From assembly GCA_050273025.1 (NCBI GenBank), contig CP158635.1, positions 31,868,001-31,932,000 of the forward strand: a stretch of 64,000 bases of DNA, in the 5' to 3' direction. The stretch comes from Cenococcum geophilum (taxonomy: Eukaryota). A program made the position numbers and the translations under genes. This document shows, piece by piece, positions 48,424 through 61,700 of the stretch (its first letter is position 1; every line of letters starts with the position of its first letter). The notes beneath the pieces are model-generated. The model made no database searches. It saw only the letters and a program-made list of their open reading frames with translations, and was not told the DNA's origin.

Positions 48424-51400
48424 TATTATAGACGCTTTAAGTACAATACTACAACTACTAGGAGAAAAGTCAGAAGAAGCTAGTTGGTTAATTTAGGCAC
48501 GGTCCAGAATGGAGCCGATAGAACTATGTAACGAGGAATAGTAGTCGAGGTCATATAATGTACTACGTATTAAACGGGAGGAATGAGAGGAACTTACGTA
48601 CCTTATATATAAGACGTATATTACGTATAAGAAGGATTTTATAGAAGTACGGTTATGTATTTAAGGACCCTTAGTCCCTACCTAGATAGTTCCTTCCTTA
48701 TAGTAATTCTCAGAATATAATTAGAGTTAATCTATTAGGCAACCACTCCACCAGTTGTTATTACGTTGTTAACTTTTATACTTATATTTCCTATACACCT
48801 AGCCCATTGACGAGCCTACCGTAGTTCCTGCTATAAGGTTTTATTACACAATTACTACCTAATTACGGTATTAATATAAGAAGTCGAACAACATGCTACT
48901 AAAAGCAGCCACTATAACGCTATCAACGGCAGCAACTATATTAAGGTTAGGTAACGACACCAGTATAGCAGACACTAACTTATAGTAACCTATAACGGTT
49001 AAACAGTTATAAAAAATAGTTAACCAGTTAATAGAAAATAATACGACGTTAGAAAATAGGATTAATGGGATAGGCGCAGCAAAGGTTAAGTTACTATTAA
49101 TTAAAAGGTATTTAGGAGAGAGATCAAAGCTTAAAGAATTCCTAACGTAAATGCACTTTAAAGTAGCATAGGAAGAAGCAAAGCTGGTAATACCTATAGA
49201 TTAAATAGCATATGCAGGATTATTCTTAACAGGAAGAGTACTTAAATGGTTTAAGCCTTACCTAACAGAAATTCAGGTAAGCGGAATAATAACTACAAAC
49301 TAAGAGGTACGGTTTATGTTCTTAAGCTAGAATAGATTTGTTAAACAACTTATATAAATATTTGGAGACCCAAAGGCAGTAACTACGGCAGAAAGAAAAC
49401 TCTAAGACATTATGTAATAAACCTTAGTAATTAAGTATACAACGCAGTTCCAGACGTTAGCGATATAAGTTAAGTAGAATAATAGGGCGCTTATAGCACA
49501 GTATAAATAGGGACTTAAGGCTAAAGTCTAGGACGTAATTATTCTAATAGAAGATGTGGACACCCTAAGGGAACTAATAGATTAGGCGATTAAGATTAAT
49601 AATTAGATCTACCAAAGGGAACAGGCTAAAAAAGGTTAGGATAGAGTTCTATAGTTATATAAGGCGCAGAGTACGCAATAATAGAAGCTAAGTTAGAAAT
49701 TATGGTATAGCGTAGAGCTAATAGACCTAAGTAGTACTAAAGAAGCCTATAAGAGATGGAGCAAACCATAGAAACCTAGAGATAAGGATTAAGTAATTAA
49801 AGGTCTAAAGAGCAGAGGCCAAATTAGGGATCTTAATAGTAGAAGACATTTAGGCGGACTCTATAGCAAGAAAAATGGTTTAAAGAAGGAGCTTATATAA
49901 ATTGCGGAAAACAGGGTTATTACGTTAGAGACTGTAGAAGTAGGCAGAGTTACCATATAGTAAAAGGTATAAGACTAGTAGACGACATATATATATAGAG
50001 GGACGACAATATGCTATAAGGAACAAAAGAATGTTTAATTAGAAGTTTTACATTTTGTTATAACAATATATACCGAATTTATAAGGACGCTAAGTACGGT
50101 ATAAGCTATTGGCTATAAAAGCTAGCACCTATAGGATATAAAGGAACCAATAAACCAGTTCGCAGATCGGACATTAAGGATAATAAATTTAACGTAGGCA
50201 AAACATTTTATAACGATAAGGTAATAAGAGCGGTTTACTAGGAACACGCAGCCATTAGAGATGTTACACTAAAGGTAGAGGATAATTCCACTATAGAATA
50301 GGGAATATTAGTAGGGATTAAGACCCCACTAGACACGATGTCTATCGCTTTATAAGACGTAAGAGAAGTAGAATAGCGAACTACTTCGGCACTTAATAAA
50401 GGCAAAAGGCTAAAAGCTTAAGATTCTTATAGCGAGATAAAAAATAACTAAGATTCTTAAGATAAGATAAGGTAAGCTTAAGGACCTATAATAGACGATA
50501 ACTAATGGAGCAGAGTAACGGCTTAGTTTAGTAATATACGAATAAGCTTAGGACGAAGTTTCCTAAGGACACAAGATTCTTAAGACGAGATGAGTGAAAT
50601 TTAAGACTCTTAAGATGAGATAAGAACACTAAGTAAGCCTAGTTAGACTAAGGCTAAAGCAAAGCTTAAGTTAGAAGCAAGCTTGGGATTAAAGAATCTA
50701 AGGGATTAAGAATTCGGAGTACGAATTAGGACACCTATAAGTAAGAGGTAAGGAGCTTCTTTATAGATTAGAGAATCTGCGGCGCAAATAGTAATTAGAT
50801 TAGGAGACGAATATATAAACCTAGAAGATTTACTAGTAGAATATAGTATTCGGACTAAAGATCGAAAAGTTAATACCAAGATTAAGAAGTAAGAAGACTT
50901 TAAGGATTAGAGCGTAAGGTGTAAACTAAAAGAAACTATAGAAGAGTTTAGATAAAGAATTATCATATAGTAAGAACAGAAACTAGATAAGAGATCTAGC
51001 ATATTAGGACGTATAAAGGATAGAGCACTAGTATAAAGAATCATTAATAGGCTAAGAGTAGGTATACTAAGAGCTAAGTAGCTTACTAAACTAGAAGATA
51101 AAGAGGATCTAGGGATTCTAACTAGGTTTAAAGAACGACACATAAAGAGCTGTTACGACGTAGTAATAAGAAGATACTTCCTTACGGATAAGCCGTATAT
51201 ACTCTAGTAGCTATACCAAAAGTAGTATAGGCAAAGGCATAACGATAAGTAGGAAGATTTCTATATATAGTTAGATGAGAAAGTTATCTAGGACTACCTA
51301 ATTATAGAAAAGGCTATAACTTACATTAAAGGAGCCTTAATTATAACGTTAAAGGATCTAGAGGAGCGTTTAGAGGACTAGAGAAATAAGAGACATATTT

Positions 51401-54400
51401 TAGTACCTATAAATAAAGTTATAACGTTTAGATTAGCATAATAGAGGTTTAAACTTAAGGATAAAGATAAGTTAAGAGTTAACCTAAAGCACCTAGTATA
51501 CCACACATTATTATAGATCGCGTACATAGACGACATATATAAGATATATAAGAATCCAAAGAAAAAGAATTGGAAATACCCTATAAGGATATACTGGATA
51601 ATGGATAAGTAATAGTATAGGAATGCTAAATATATATATAGATGGCATCCAGCAAAGGTTTAAGAGAAAGGAAGTTTAGTACTTTAACTAGGAAGATTTC
51701 TTACAGAAGAATGCTTAGACGGATAATAGTAGTAAAAATACCTAGAAAACACGTGTCTATAGTATATTAAAGATAAAAAGCGAACTAGGCATTAGCCGAA
51801 GAGCGAGCTAAGTGTATAAGGATTAAGCAGCTAATAGTTAGGAAAAGTAAAGGCCTACAGAACTAGAGGGAGCCAGTAGTAGAGCCTTAGACCCTTAAAG
51901 GAATTCAAGGACGGTACCTAAATTTATAAGTTAAATAATAAGATTAACAGTTTAAAGCGCTAATAGATAGTGGAGCAATAAGAAACCATATCTTACTAGC
52001 AGTAGTTAAAAGAATGGGATTGCCTTATAAACAAAAGGAGGAACTTTACCTATTAGTTATAATTTTAGGAGATCTAATAACCTACGGAGGAGGGATTATT
52101 AATCTTAAAATAGAACCTATTTAGATAACTATTAAAGGAAGACGAATTAAGATGTCTTTTGATATCCTACCATTAGGACAGAACGAGGCAGTATTAGGAA
52201 TGTCTTAGTTATAGGAGTATAATCTAAGGATCGATTGGATTATAGGTCAGGTTAATATTAGGGATACTTAACGCCGTAAGATATAATAATAAGCCAAGTT
52301 AGTATAATACTAAGTAGGAGCGACCTATAAAGAAACAGAAAAAGGACTAAGTTATATACTAAAGAGATACCATAAATATAGCAAGAAACTATAGTCACTG
52401 GAAAGTAAAAAGCTATTAGAGTATACAGCATAGGACTATAAGATAGAGTTAGAACTAGGAATAAGTCCAAAGTTCTTTCCAATCTATAAGCTTACTAAAG
52501 AAGAAAATAGAGTACTAAAAGAGTTTGTTTAAGAAAATCTATAAAAGGGATATATCAGACTATCGCAGTTATTAGTAGGATATCCAGTACTATTTATACT
52601 AAAGAAAAATAGCAAACTAAGGCTGTATATTAACTATAGATAGTTAAACAGCATTACTAGGAAGGATAGGTATCCTTTACCCTTAATTAGCAAAATCTAA
52701 AATAGAATAGGCAACGTGTAAATCTTTATAAAGATAGATCTGAGATAAGCGTACTATTAGATTAGAATTAAGGAAGGCAATAAATAAAAGGCAGCCTTTA
52801 GGTTAAAGGAAGGACTATATAAACTATTAGTTATATAATTTAGGCTTATAAACGCACTAGTAATATTCCAGAAGCGTATTAATAATATATTAGGAGAATA
52901 CTTGGATAAATTTGTTATAGTATACCTTAACGACATTATTATCTACTTAATGACTAAGGAAGAACACGGGGAACACGTTAAATGGGTTTTAAAGAGACTA
53001 TAGGAAGAATAGATGCTAGTAGCAATTAAGAAATATAAGTTCTTCACTAGGAAGACAGATTTTATTAGATTTATTATTAAACTAGGCTAACTTAGTATAG
53101 ATCTAAAGAAGATCGAGGCTATAGTGAATTGGCAAAAACTAAAGAACGTTACGCAGTTAAGATTGTTTCTAGGGTTTTATAATTACTGCAGGAGGTTTAT
53201 AGCGTAGTGGTTAAAAGATATTAAGCTATTTACGCAATTAATAAAGAAAGAAGAACTATAGGCATAGGGAGAGGAATAGAAAGAACTCTTTAAGAAAGTT
53301 AAGGAGTTGTTTACCTAAAAGCCAGTTCTTAAGATCTATTAACTAGGTCTAGAGACGGTTATAGAGACAAATATATTAGACTATATACTAGGGGCATACT
53401 TTATATAAAAATATTAAGATGGATGGCACCTAGTAGCATATTATAGTCGAAAGATAACACTACTAGAGTTAAACTATAACATCTATAACAAGGAGTTGTT
53501 AGGTATAGTTATAGTATTAAAGAAATAGAGAGCATTCTTATAAGGCATAGAGAAACTATTTATAGTTAAGACGGATTATAAGAACCTAATAGGATTCCTA
53601 ATAATAAAGGAACTTAACTAAAAACAGGTTAGATGGGCAGAGATGCTTATAGAATACTATTTCAAGATTTAGTATACTAAGGGTATAGATAATACGCGGG
53701 CAGATGCTCTAAGCCGTAAAGCTAAATTATAAAATAATAAAAAGCCATTAGGGGCTTTACTGCGAAAAGATATAGATGGATTAATTAGGTATAATTATCC
53801 AAAGATTATAGCAACCTAGGAAGAACTAGGTAAGGTTTATAAAATACTAAAAAGCTTTTAGGTATAAAGGATTCTAGAAGTATAACTAGAAGATCTATAA
53901 ATAAATATATACGAAAATCGAGAAGCTAAGTACATCCTAAGAAGTATAGCAAAGCAGTTTGTGGAAGACTTCTATAAGGGACTAACTTAAGGATATAATA
54001 GAGCTATAGGCTTAGTGTTAAGACTCTAGGAGGAGTATATTATTGATAGAATCTAGGGCTTAGCTAGGAAAGTTACTAAGGAATATCTAGATTGCTAAAG
54101 AAATAAACTAACGAGGTATAAGCTATATGGAGGGCTACAACCTATTAAAACACTAGAGAGACTATAGGAGGTTATATTATAGGACTTTATTATTAAGTTG
54201 CCAAAATTAAGAGATCCTATTACCGGATAAGATTATAACGCAATCTTAGTAATAGTAGATAAGCTTATAAAGTGGGGATACTTTATAGCATGTATAGAAG
54301 AAATCTTAGTAGAAGATATTGCTAGAATCTATATTAAAGAAGTATTTATAAGATATAGAGCACTAAGCAAGATTATATCGGATAGAGATTTAAGATTTAT

Positions 54401-56367
54401 AGCAGTATTCTAGGAGGTATTCTTAGCGGAGTAAGGAGTTTAAGCAGTAACTTCCACCGTATATTATCTGTAGATAGACAGTTAAACGGAAAGACTAAAT
54501 TAGACACTAGAGCAGTATCTAAGGTATTATATTAATTATGCACAGAATAATTGGGTATTACTATTACTAGTTATATAGTTTACATATAATATAACACCTT
54601 AAGAAGGAATAGGTATATTACTATTTAAGGCGAATTATAGATATAAGCTAAGAATATCGTTATTACTATAGTAAGTGAAGAAAATAAGTAGTATAGCTAA
54701 AGAGAGAATAAAGATGTTAATAAATCTTTATATAGACCTTATGGAATTAGTAAAGAAAGTATAAAAGAGAATAAAAAAGTACTATAATACTAAGAGATCT
54801 AAGGGATTAGATCTTAAGGAGGGAGATAAAGTATAGCTACTATACAAAAATTTTAAGAGTTAACGACTAAGCAAGAAGTTAGACTATGTTAGACTAGGAC
54901 CTTTCAAAATTACGTAGAGGATTTTACTAGTTACGTTTAAGTTAAACCTACTAGCTAAAATAAAGATCTACCCTATATAGCATATCGCAATGCTAGAGCC
55001 AGTATATAGAAATGTTAAGCCACTAGTCTATAAAGCAGACACGTATAAAGAATAGGAAGAAGACAAATAGTAAGTTTTAAAGATCGTTAGTTATAAGAAT
55101 ATTGACGATAAAATATAGTATAAGGTTAAGTGGATAGGCTATAACGAGACTACCTAGGAGCTACTAGAAAATTTAAAGAATACTATAGGAAAGGTATAGG
55201 AGTATCGGAAGAGATTAGGTTAGGTAGTATTAATAAAGAAGGATCGCTAAAAAATAAGTCACCTAAGGGGGACCTAAGAAGAGCAGTTGCCAAGCTATTT
55301 AGATCTATTTCCTTCTCTATTGAAAGAGAATCCGTTTTTTTATTACTAAGTTCCTGTAAACCTTATTCTATAAGTTTCTACTCCTTAAAACAAACCTTCT
55401 TACGAACCTTCTTAAGACGAAGTAAACGAGTAGATGTTGTAATTTAAGTATTTAGGGCCTTCTATTCTGTATTATAAGAACGTTCTAACTTAGTAAGGGC
55501 TTAAGATAGTTTACTATCTAGTTATGCAGTAGTAGATTAAATACGAGACCCTAAGATAAATTAATTAGGGAACTAGACGACTATTAAGAGTTATAGGTCG
55601 CGTATATTTAGTATTAGAGGTAGAGTAAACGTCACAGGACGAATAAATATTCACTTTAGTGCACTCTAAATAAGAGAACGGTTGTCGCGAAGATGGACTT
55701 GCTAACGTAACATAAACCAACCCCTCTTTCGAACAGCGAGAATATAGAGACGGTATAATCTCACTAAGAGACAATATTGCAGCTATAGTGTAAGCACAAC
55801 GTTGGGCGTATAAAGAAGAAATTACTTTAGGTATAATAAGCAATAATATTAACTAAATTAATTAGACGGATATTATACCTCTAGTAAACGACCTAAAGAT
55901 ATTCCGAATTTTTGAGGATAAAGATAAAGAGGAAAGAGATAGTGTTACGGACGCTTTAAGTACAATGCTATAACTACTAGGAGAAGAGTCGGAAGAAGCT
56001 AGTTGGTTAATTTAGGCACGGTCTAGGATAGAGCCGATAGAACTATGTAATAAGGAATAGTAGCCGAGGTTATATAATATGCTATATATTAAACGGGAGG
56101 AACGAGAGGAACTTACGTACCTTATGTATAAGACGTATATTACGTATAAGAAGGATTTTATAGGAGTATGGTTGTGTATTTAAGGACCCTTAGTCCCTAC
56201 CTAGATAGTTCCTTCCTTATAGTAATTCTTAGAATATAATTAGAGTTAATCTGTTAGGCAACTACTCCACCAGTTATTATTACGTTGTTAACTTTTATAC
56301 TTGCATTTCCTACACACCTAGCCTATTGACGAGCCTACCATAGTTCCTGCTACAAGGTTCCGTTACA
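48424..56367 (+). mobile_element. Full-length family A copy 3 nested in D between the integrase GPY/F region and the chromodomain
   Basis: 425-bp LTRs at 48424-48848 and 55943-56367; TSD CTAGA at 48419-48423 and 56368-56372; colinear with A1. Confidence 0.97.
55200..55834 (-). pseudogene. Antisense accessory gene of A3: Zn2Cys6-like cluster plus coiled coil, intron 55551-55605
   Basis: ORF-track 55565..55843 contains Y/C-x2-C-x6-Y/C-x13-Y/C-x2-C-x8-C, where each Y is TAT (RIPed TGT). After splicing it reads EWSRIQ...RLLRL.KVR.KV.FKEQKL.EQGLQEL. The 3' end is approximate. Confidence 0.75.
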
Positions 56368-57636
56368 CTAGAGCCTTATAGGTTACGCCCTAAGTTTTAA
56401 CCCCTAGCAGTAAAAGAGCTTAAGGAAGGCAGCTAGGAAGTAAAAGCAATTATTACCTACTAGGATCGTACTGGACAACCGTAGTACCTTATTAAATGGC
56501 TAGGATGGCTAAATAAGTATAATAAATAGAAATACAAGACAGAACTTAAGAATTGTTAATAACTGCTAGATAAGTACCGTAAGCGGGACACCCTAGCCTT
56601 ATAGCCGAAGCGTAGGCGAAAAGTAAGCGCCGCTGTTAAAATATAACCTATATTAAAGCGGAGTAGAGGACGTCCTAAGGGATTAAAGAATAAGTAACAA
56701 TTGCTATAAGAACTGCGGCGTATATATAGGGTGAAGTTTTAATTTATTAATATCCTATATAAGCTACACTCTAACGCAACCTAGCGATGCTAGTGACTCG
56801 TAGGCGAGGCTACGGCGTATGCTGGTAATAAAGCTTAATTTAGAAAGTACCCTTCCTAAACTTAGTCCGTTACTCTATACTAGCTAAGCAGATTACTTAT
56901 ATATTAGAGAATAGGCCTATTTATAACCGGTGTCTATTTAACTAAGGTTTATAACCTACTAGCGACCTACTAGTGATAACCTATACTAATAACTTACACT
57001 ATTTTATATATATACTATATAGATAATGCGTAAGGCTAAAGTATAGGTTAGTAGCGGATTTAATAGGCATATAGCCTTGCCGTCCTAAACCTAGCTATAT
57101 ATAAGTAACCTATAACCTACCCGTAAAGTATATACGGCGCTACGCCAGTATAGCGTAAGGCTAAAGTAGGGTTAGCGGCGGGTTTAATAGGTATATAGCC
57201 TTATTATTTATAAATCTGGCTGCATATAAATAACCTATGACTAACCCGAGAGGTATTAGCGACCTACCTACGCAAGTGAGCTTTTGGAATATTTCTGGTC
57301 TACTAAATTTAGGCGACGGTATTAAGCTCTACTAGCTTTACCTATTAAATAGACTAATTAGGATTTTCTATACCGGGCATGTAAAACCACTACTAGCTTA
57401 GTTAAATGCGGGGGAGTCTTAGTAAGGCAAATCTAACTAATTAGATAACTTTAACCGCCGGTTAAAGTTCCTTAACATCTTCGCGCCGCACATGTGTACT
57501 ACCTGTCTCTCTATACGCAAAATTAAGACGCTCTTTCCCCTCTAAATTTTTTTTCCTTACTAAGGTTTTTATAGGGTTTTATTAAGGCTTAAGTATATAA
57601 AGGATTAGGGACAACCCTTTTTAAAGGGGGGGGCAT

Positions 57637-57861
57637 TATTAGGTAAAACCTAAGTAGATAGTTATATAGCCGTAAGGTACGGGCGACCCTAGGGCAACCT
57701 AGGAGTAACTCGCCTGTAAGGTACGTGCGCTATATATACCTAGGGAAAACCCTTCCTACCTCGCACATAAACTCCTCCTTTTCCCTTAAGGATTCGTCTC
57801 TGTCCATACAATATACCTATTGTTCTATTATTAGACTCCCTATCCATATCCTTACCTTATA
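57637..57861 (+). repeat. 3' LTR of D
   Basis: Direct repeat of 42983-43207, followed by TSD TTTTT. Confidence 0.96.
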
Positions 57862-58104
57862 TTTTTAGTTAGAATGCCTTTAAGGTACTAACAAAGGATC
57901 TAGTAAGTAAGTGCTCGGTTACTTTTCTTAGGTCCTATACTAATATTTAGTAACTTCCGCTTATCCTATAGGTCCTCTATAGGCACCTTAGAGGAATATT
58001 TAAGCTACTAAGCTTGGCAAAGTTATAGAGTTTATACCCGCCAAAGGTTATTTTAAAATTTATCATTTATCTACTAATTAATACCACTATCTATTTCCAT
58101 CTAT

Positions 58105-58713
58105 ATGGATATAAAAACCACCCTATCCATACCTTCTACGGGCCTTAGTAATTTGCAGGCTCCTATAAAGCCTTAAAAGACTCCTAATTTTAACAGTTAC
58201 GCCTCCAACACAGACTTAGGGGGGGATTTAGCGAATTTAGAAGTAGATATATAACTAGAAGCTATTTCCTGGCTTCTAAATTCCTCCACCTTTTAAACGA
58301 GACCGACGATCGCATATTTGGTAACACTATTATAAGATATACTAGACGGATATATAGAAGATCTACGCGGTATATAAAGCTTATAATAAGAAGACAAAAA
58401 CAAAATACGCTACTAGCTATCGCTAGCTTAATAGTTTAACTAGCAGATACGCAGAGCACCTTAAAGAGAAGCATAATATTAGTAAAGATGGAATAATTAA
58501 GCTGCTAAAATAAGGTCCTAATACGCTTATTAGTATAATAAATAAAACTCTAGAGGAATAAGCTGCTATTAACAGCTAACGGAGGGCGTTTAACAAAACT
58601 TGATTTAAGAAGCTCCTAACTAGGTAGATTATTTAGGACTAGATTGCATTTAATTAAGTTAATTGTAACTACTTTTAGGACCTTATTTTTTACCTTAACG
58701 CTAATACTAAATA
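58105..58713 (+). pseudogene. N-terminal part of a second hAT transposase (BED finger and following helical domain), cut by element E
   Basis: De-RIPed RRSHIWQH....IYAVCKAC...STS...EHL.EKH.I, then AF(D)KT.FKKLLTRWI.QD.IAFNQV....F.DLIFYLN. A probable frameshift lies near the G7 run at about 58220. Confidence 0.7.
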
Positions 58714-61700
58714 TGTTACGGCACTGGCAGAACTTAGCAGATCTTCGCACTAGCAAGTTGCCACAGATTGCCGCATATTGCGGTCACGTGACGCGAAGAT
58801 CTTATATAATATCGAGCGGCGCTACTCTCCTTCTCCTTTTCATTCCCTAGCTTTAGATTTTCGTTTATAGACAATCTAATCATATAGGCTTGCGCGTCAC
58901 CCTTACCGTGCTTATACCTTAATTAACTAAGTCGCTAATATTATCTAAAGCTCTTTCTACTCTCTCTTCCTAAGAAGGAACTTAAATATATCTATAAGAC
59001 TACGAGTAGGACAAGAATATAGAATAAAACCCTAAGGAAAAGAATAGAACCCTAAGGAAAGGACCTACAAGATATACACAAACTAAAACCCCTAAAGAAA
59101 TTACCCGGAATTACCTAATACCCCTACTACTATGCTATAAAACATAGTAGTAGGTAAAGTAGCTATAGAACCCTTAAATACCTTAGATAAAGAAATAATT
59201 AATATTTTAACCCCCTAGGCAGAGCTTACGGCAGCTAATACTAAAATTAAACGACTGCGAGAGCTACTTAAAGCTAGAGATACCCCTATATCTAATAATA
59301 AGTTATTATTAGACAACTAAAGACATACTATAGTCCTTTAGGCCCTATTTTAGCGCCTTAGTAGATCTACTAAGGCCTATATAGCACTAAAGCGGTTAGT
59401 AAAGGTTGTGGATCCCCTATTACTTATAAATGGAATAGACCCGATATTTAATAACTAAAAGCTTTAATTACGGAATAAGCTTAAAGTTAATACTAACTAC
59501 TTTCCTACCCCCTAAGCCAAGATAGCCTATATCTTTAGCCGTACTAGCAAAGACGCCTAGATATATTTACGTCCGTAATATATTAAAGACTTAGTAGACC
59601 TCTTTATCTCTAAAGAAGAAATAATTAAATACTTATCTTTTATTTATAAAGACCCTTTTAAAGTATAAAACGCCCGCCTTAACTATAAAAGCCTAAATAT
59701 AAAAACAGCGGAGACCTTTTCAGCCTTCTAGACCCGCTTTTTATACCTAACTAGATAGGCCTAGATCCCCCAAAAAGACCTACTACCAGACCTCTTTAAT
59801 AAGCTTACCCTAGACCTATAGCGGGCTATATTACTAGCTTATACTACAGTATAGACGCTAAAAGAACTTACGGATTATTGCCTAGCTATTAACTAAGGCC
59901 TTTATTAAATTAAGGCACGCGCCAATTGGCTAAAAACTAGAAACCTTATAAACCAGGCTATAAGTACTATAAGAACGGCCTATAATGCCCTAGTATAATT
60001 AGTAACCCCTATAGAACCGGCTACCTAGCCTATAGTTAACCTAGCAGCTAGCCGCGCAGCTACCCCTACTATAGGTCTAGTGTACACCCGGCCTATATAC
60101 AGCGACCCCTATATATAGGCCCTTAGTAATTAAGGAGCTTACTTCTTATATAGTTAACCTAGCTACCCTATAAGGAACTGCTTAATAAAGGTAAAGATAA
60201 ATAAGGTCCTATTAATTTAGGAGGATAGTATAAAGTCGGAAAAAGAGGAACCTTAGGGTTAAAAGGAATTAATATGTTATATATTAATCTGGGTCAGCTA
60301 ATTAGTAAAAGAAGCTATACTATCCCTTATACTTTATTCCGCAATAGATATTAAGTTTTAACCTCTACTTTAGCTAACTTAAGAGTAAATACCTTTACCT
60401 TAATTAATATAAAGTGCGCTATAAAACTAGCTAACTTTTTAAACGCGTCTTTAAAAGAACTGCCTAAGTTAATTCCTATTTATAGGTATAACGGATAGGC
60501 AGAACTACCCATTATAACTATATTACGGATTTACCTTCGTGTTAACGGATAAAGGTAATATAATATCCCCTTCCTTATTACGGACCTAGGAAGCTATAAT
60601 ATAATCTTAAGGAGAAAATAGCTAGCCTATTTAGGCTTATGGCTAGATATACGGAATAGATGGCTTATTTAGCCTAAAACCCTACCCCCAACTCCTTTCT
60701 TTATAAAAGAAATCAGCATTATAATAGAAAATCTTATACGGCCCTAGATTAATACTATTTACTAGGCTAATGCTATACGTAGGGACTAGGCCTTTAAGAA
60801 AGATATATAGCTTAATCTACAACAAATCTATATACTACGCCGCCCCTAGATTACCTATATTACGCTACCCGCATTAAAGACCTAGGAAGTTAGTAATAAC
60901 CTAAAAAAGCCCCCTATAGAGAGCTTAGGCCCTATATAGCTATAAAGAATAATAAGAATATTAAACGTTATACTAAACTAATAGACCAGAGGGATAATTT
61001 ATAGAAGATAAAATAGGAGCTAGGAAAGATTATAAACTCTAGACCGTAAAATACGGTCTAGTAAACGGCTATAAGGAAACCTACGGACCTCCTACTAGTT
61101 AATATCTACTATATTAGCGCCGTAGGATTCTACCGGAACTTGGTTTAGCCTAATACTATTATTTTTATAACTAGCTTATATAAAATTAACTAAATACTTA
61201 AGGAAAAGGAAAGTAAGCTTATAGATAAGGAGCTAGTAAAATAAAAACTACCCTATTAATACTAAAAGTTTAAGGATATATTCTCTAAGGTAGTATCCGA
61301 TATACTTTTACTGTATTAACTATATAACTATAAGATTAAGATTAAATTAGATAAGGAAAACGCCCTTAGCTATACCCCCCTTTATAAACAATCTATTGCC
61401 AAGTTATAGGCTACTAAGTAGTACCTTATTAATAACCTAGTAAAGGGGTTTATTAAGCCTAGCTAGGCCCTTTTACCTCCCCTATTCTCTTTACAAAAAA
61501 GCTAAATAGAGGACTTTATTTCTATATTAACTACTATAAGCTTAATAATATAACCCGTAAAGACCGTTATCCGCTACCCCTACTTAATAAGACACTAGCC
61601 TAAATAAATAGAGCTAAGATATTTACAAAGCTTAATATCCGTTAGGCTTTCTACTAAATTAGAATAAACCCTAAATCTATAAATCTTACTATATTTCGGA

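Larger units (their letters stand above)
42983..57861 (+). mobile_element. Full-length Ty3/Gypsy chromovirus 'D', interrupted by A3
   Basis: 225-bp LTRs at 42983-43207 and 57637-57861; TSD TTTTT on both sides; G-tract PPT about 57626-57633. gag ATG about 43260, RT (RLCVDYR.LNKITIKNRYPLP, KLDLRDAY, YLD(D)I), RNase H, integrase, and chromodomain plus AT-hook about 56430-56694. Confidence 0.96.

Noticed and set aside
57867..58060. Possible small minus-strand ORF upstream of the second hAT transposase
   Set aside because: Two frames look equally plausible and no motif is recognisable.
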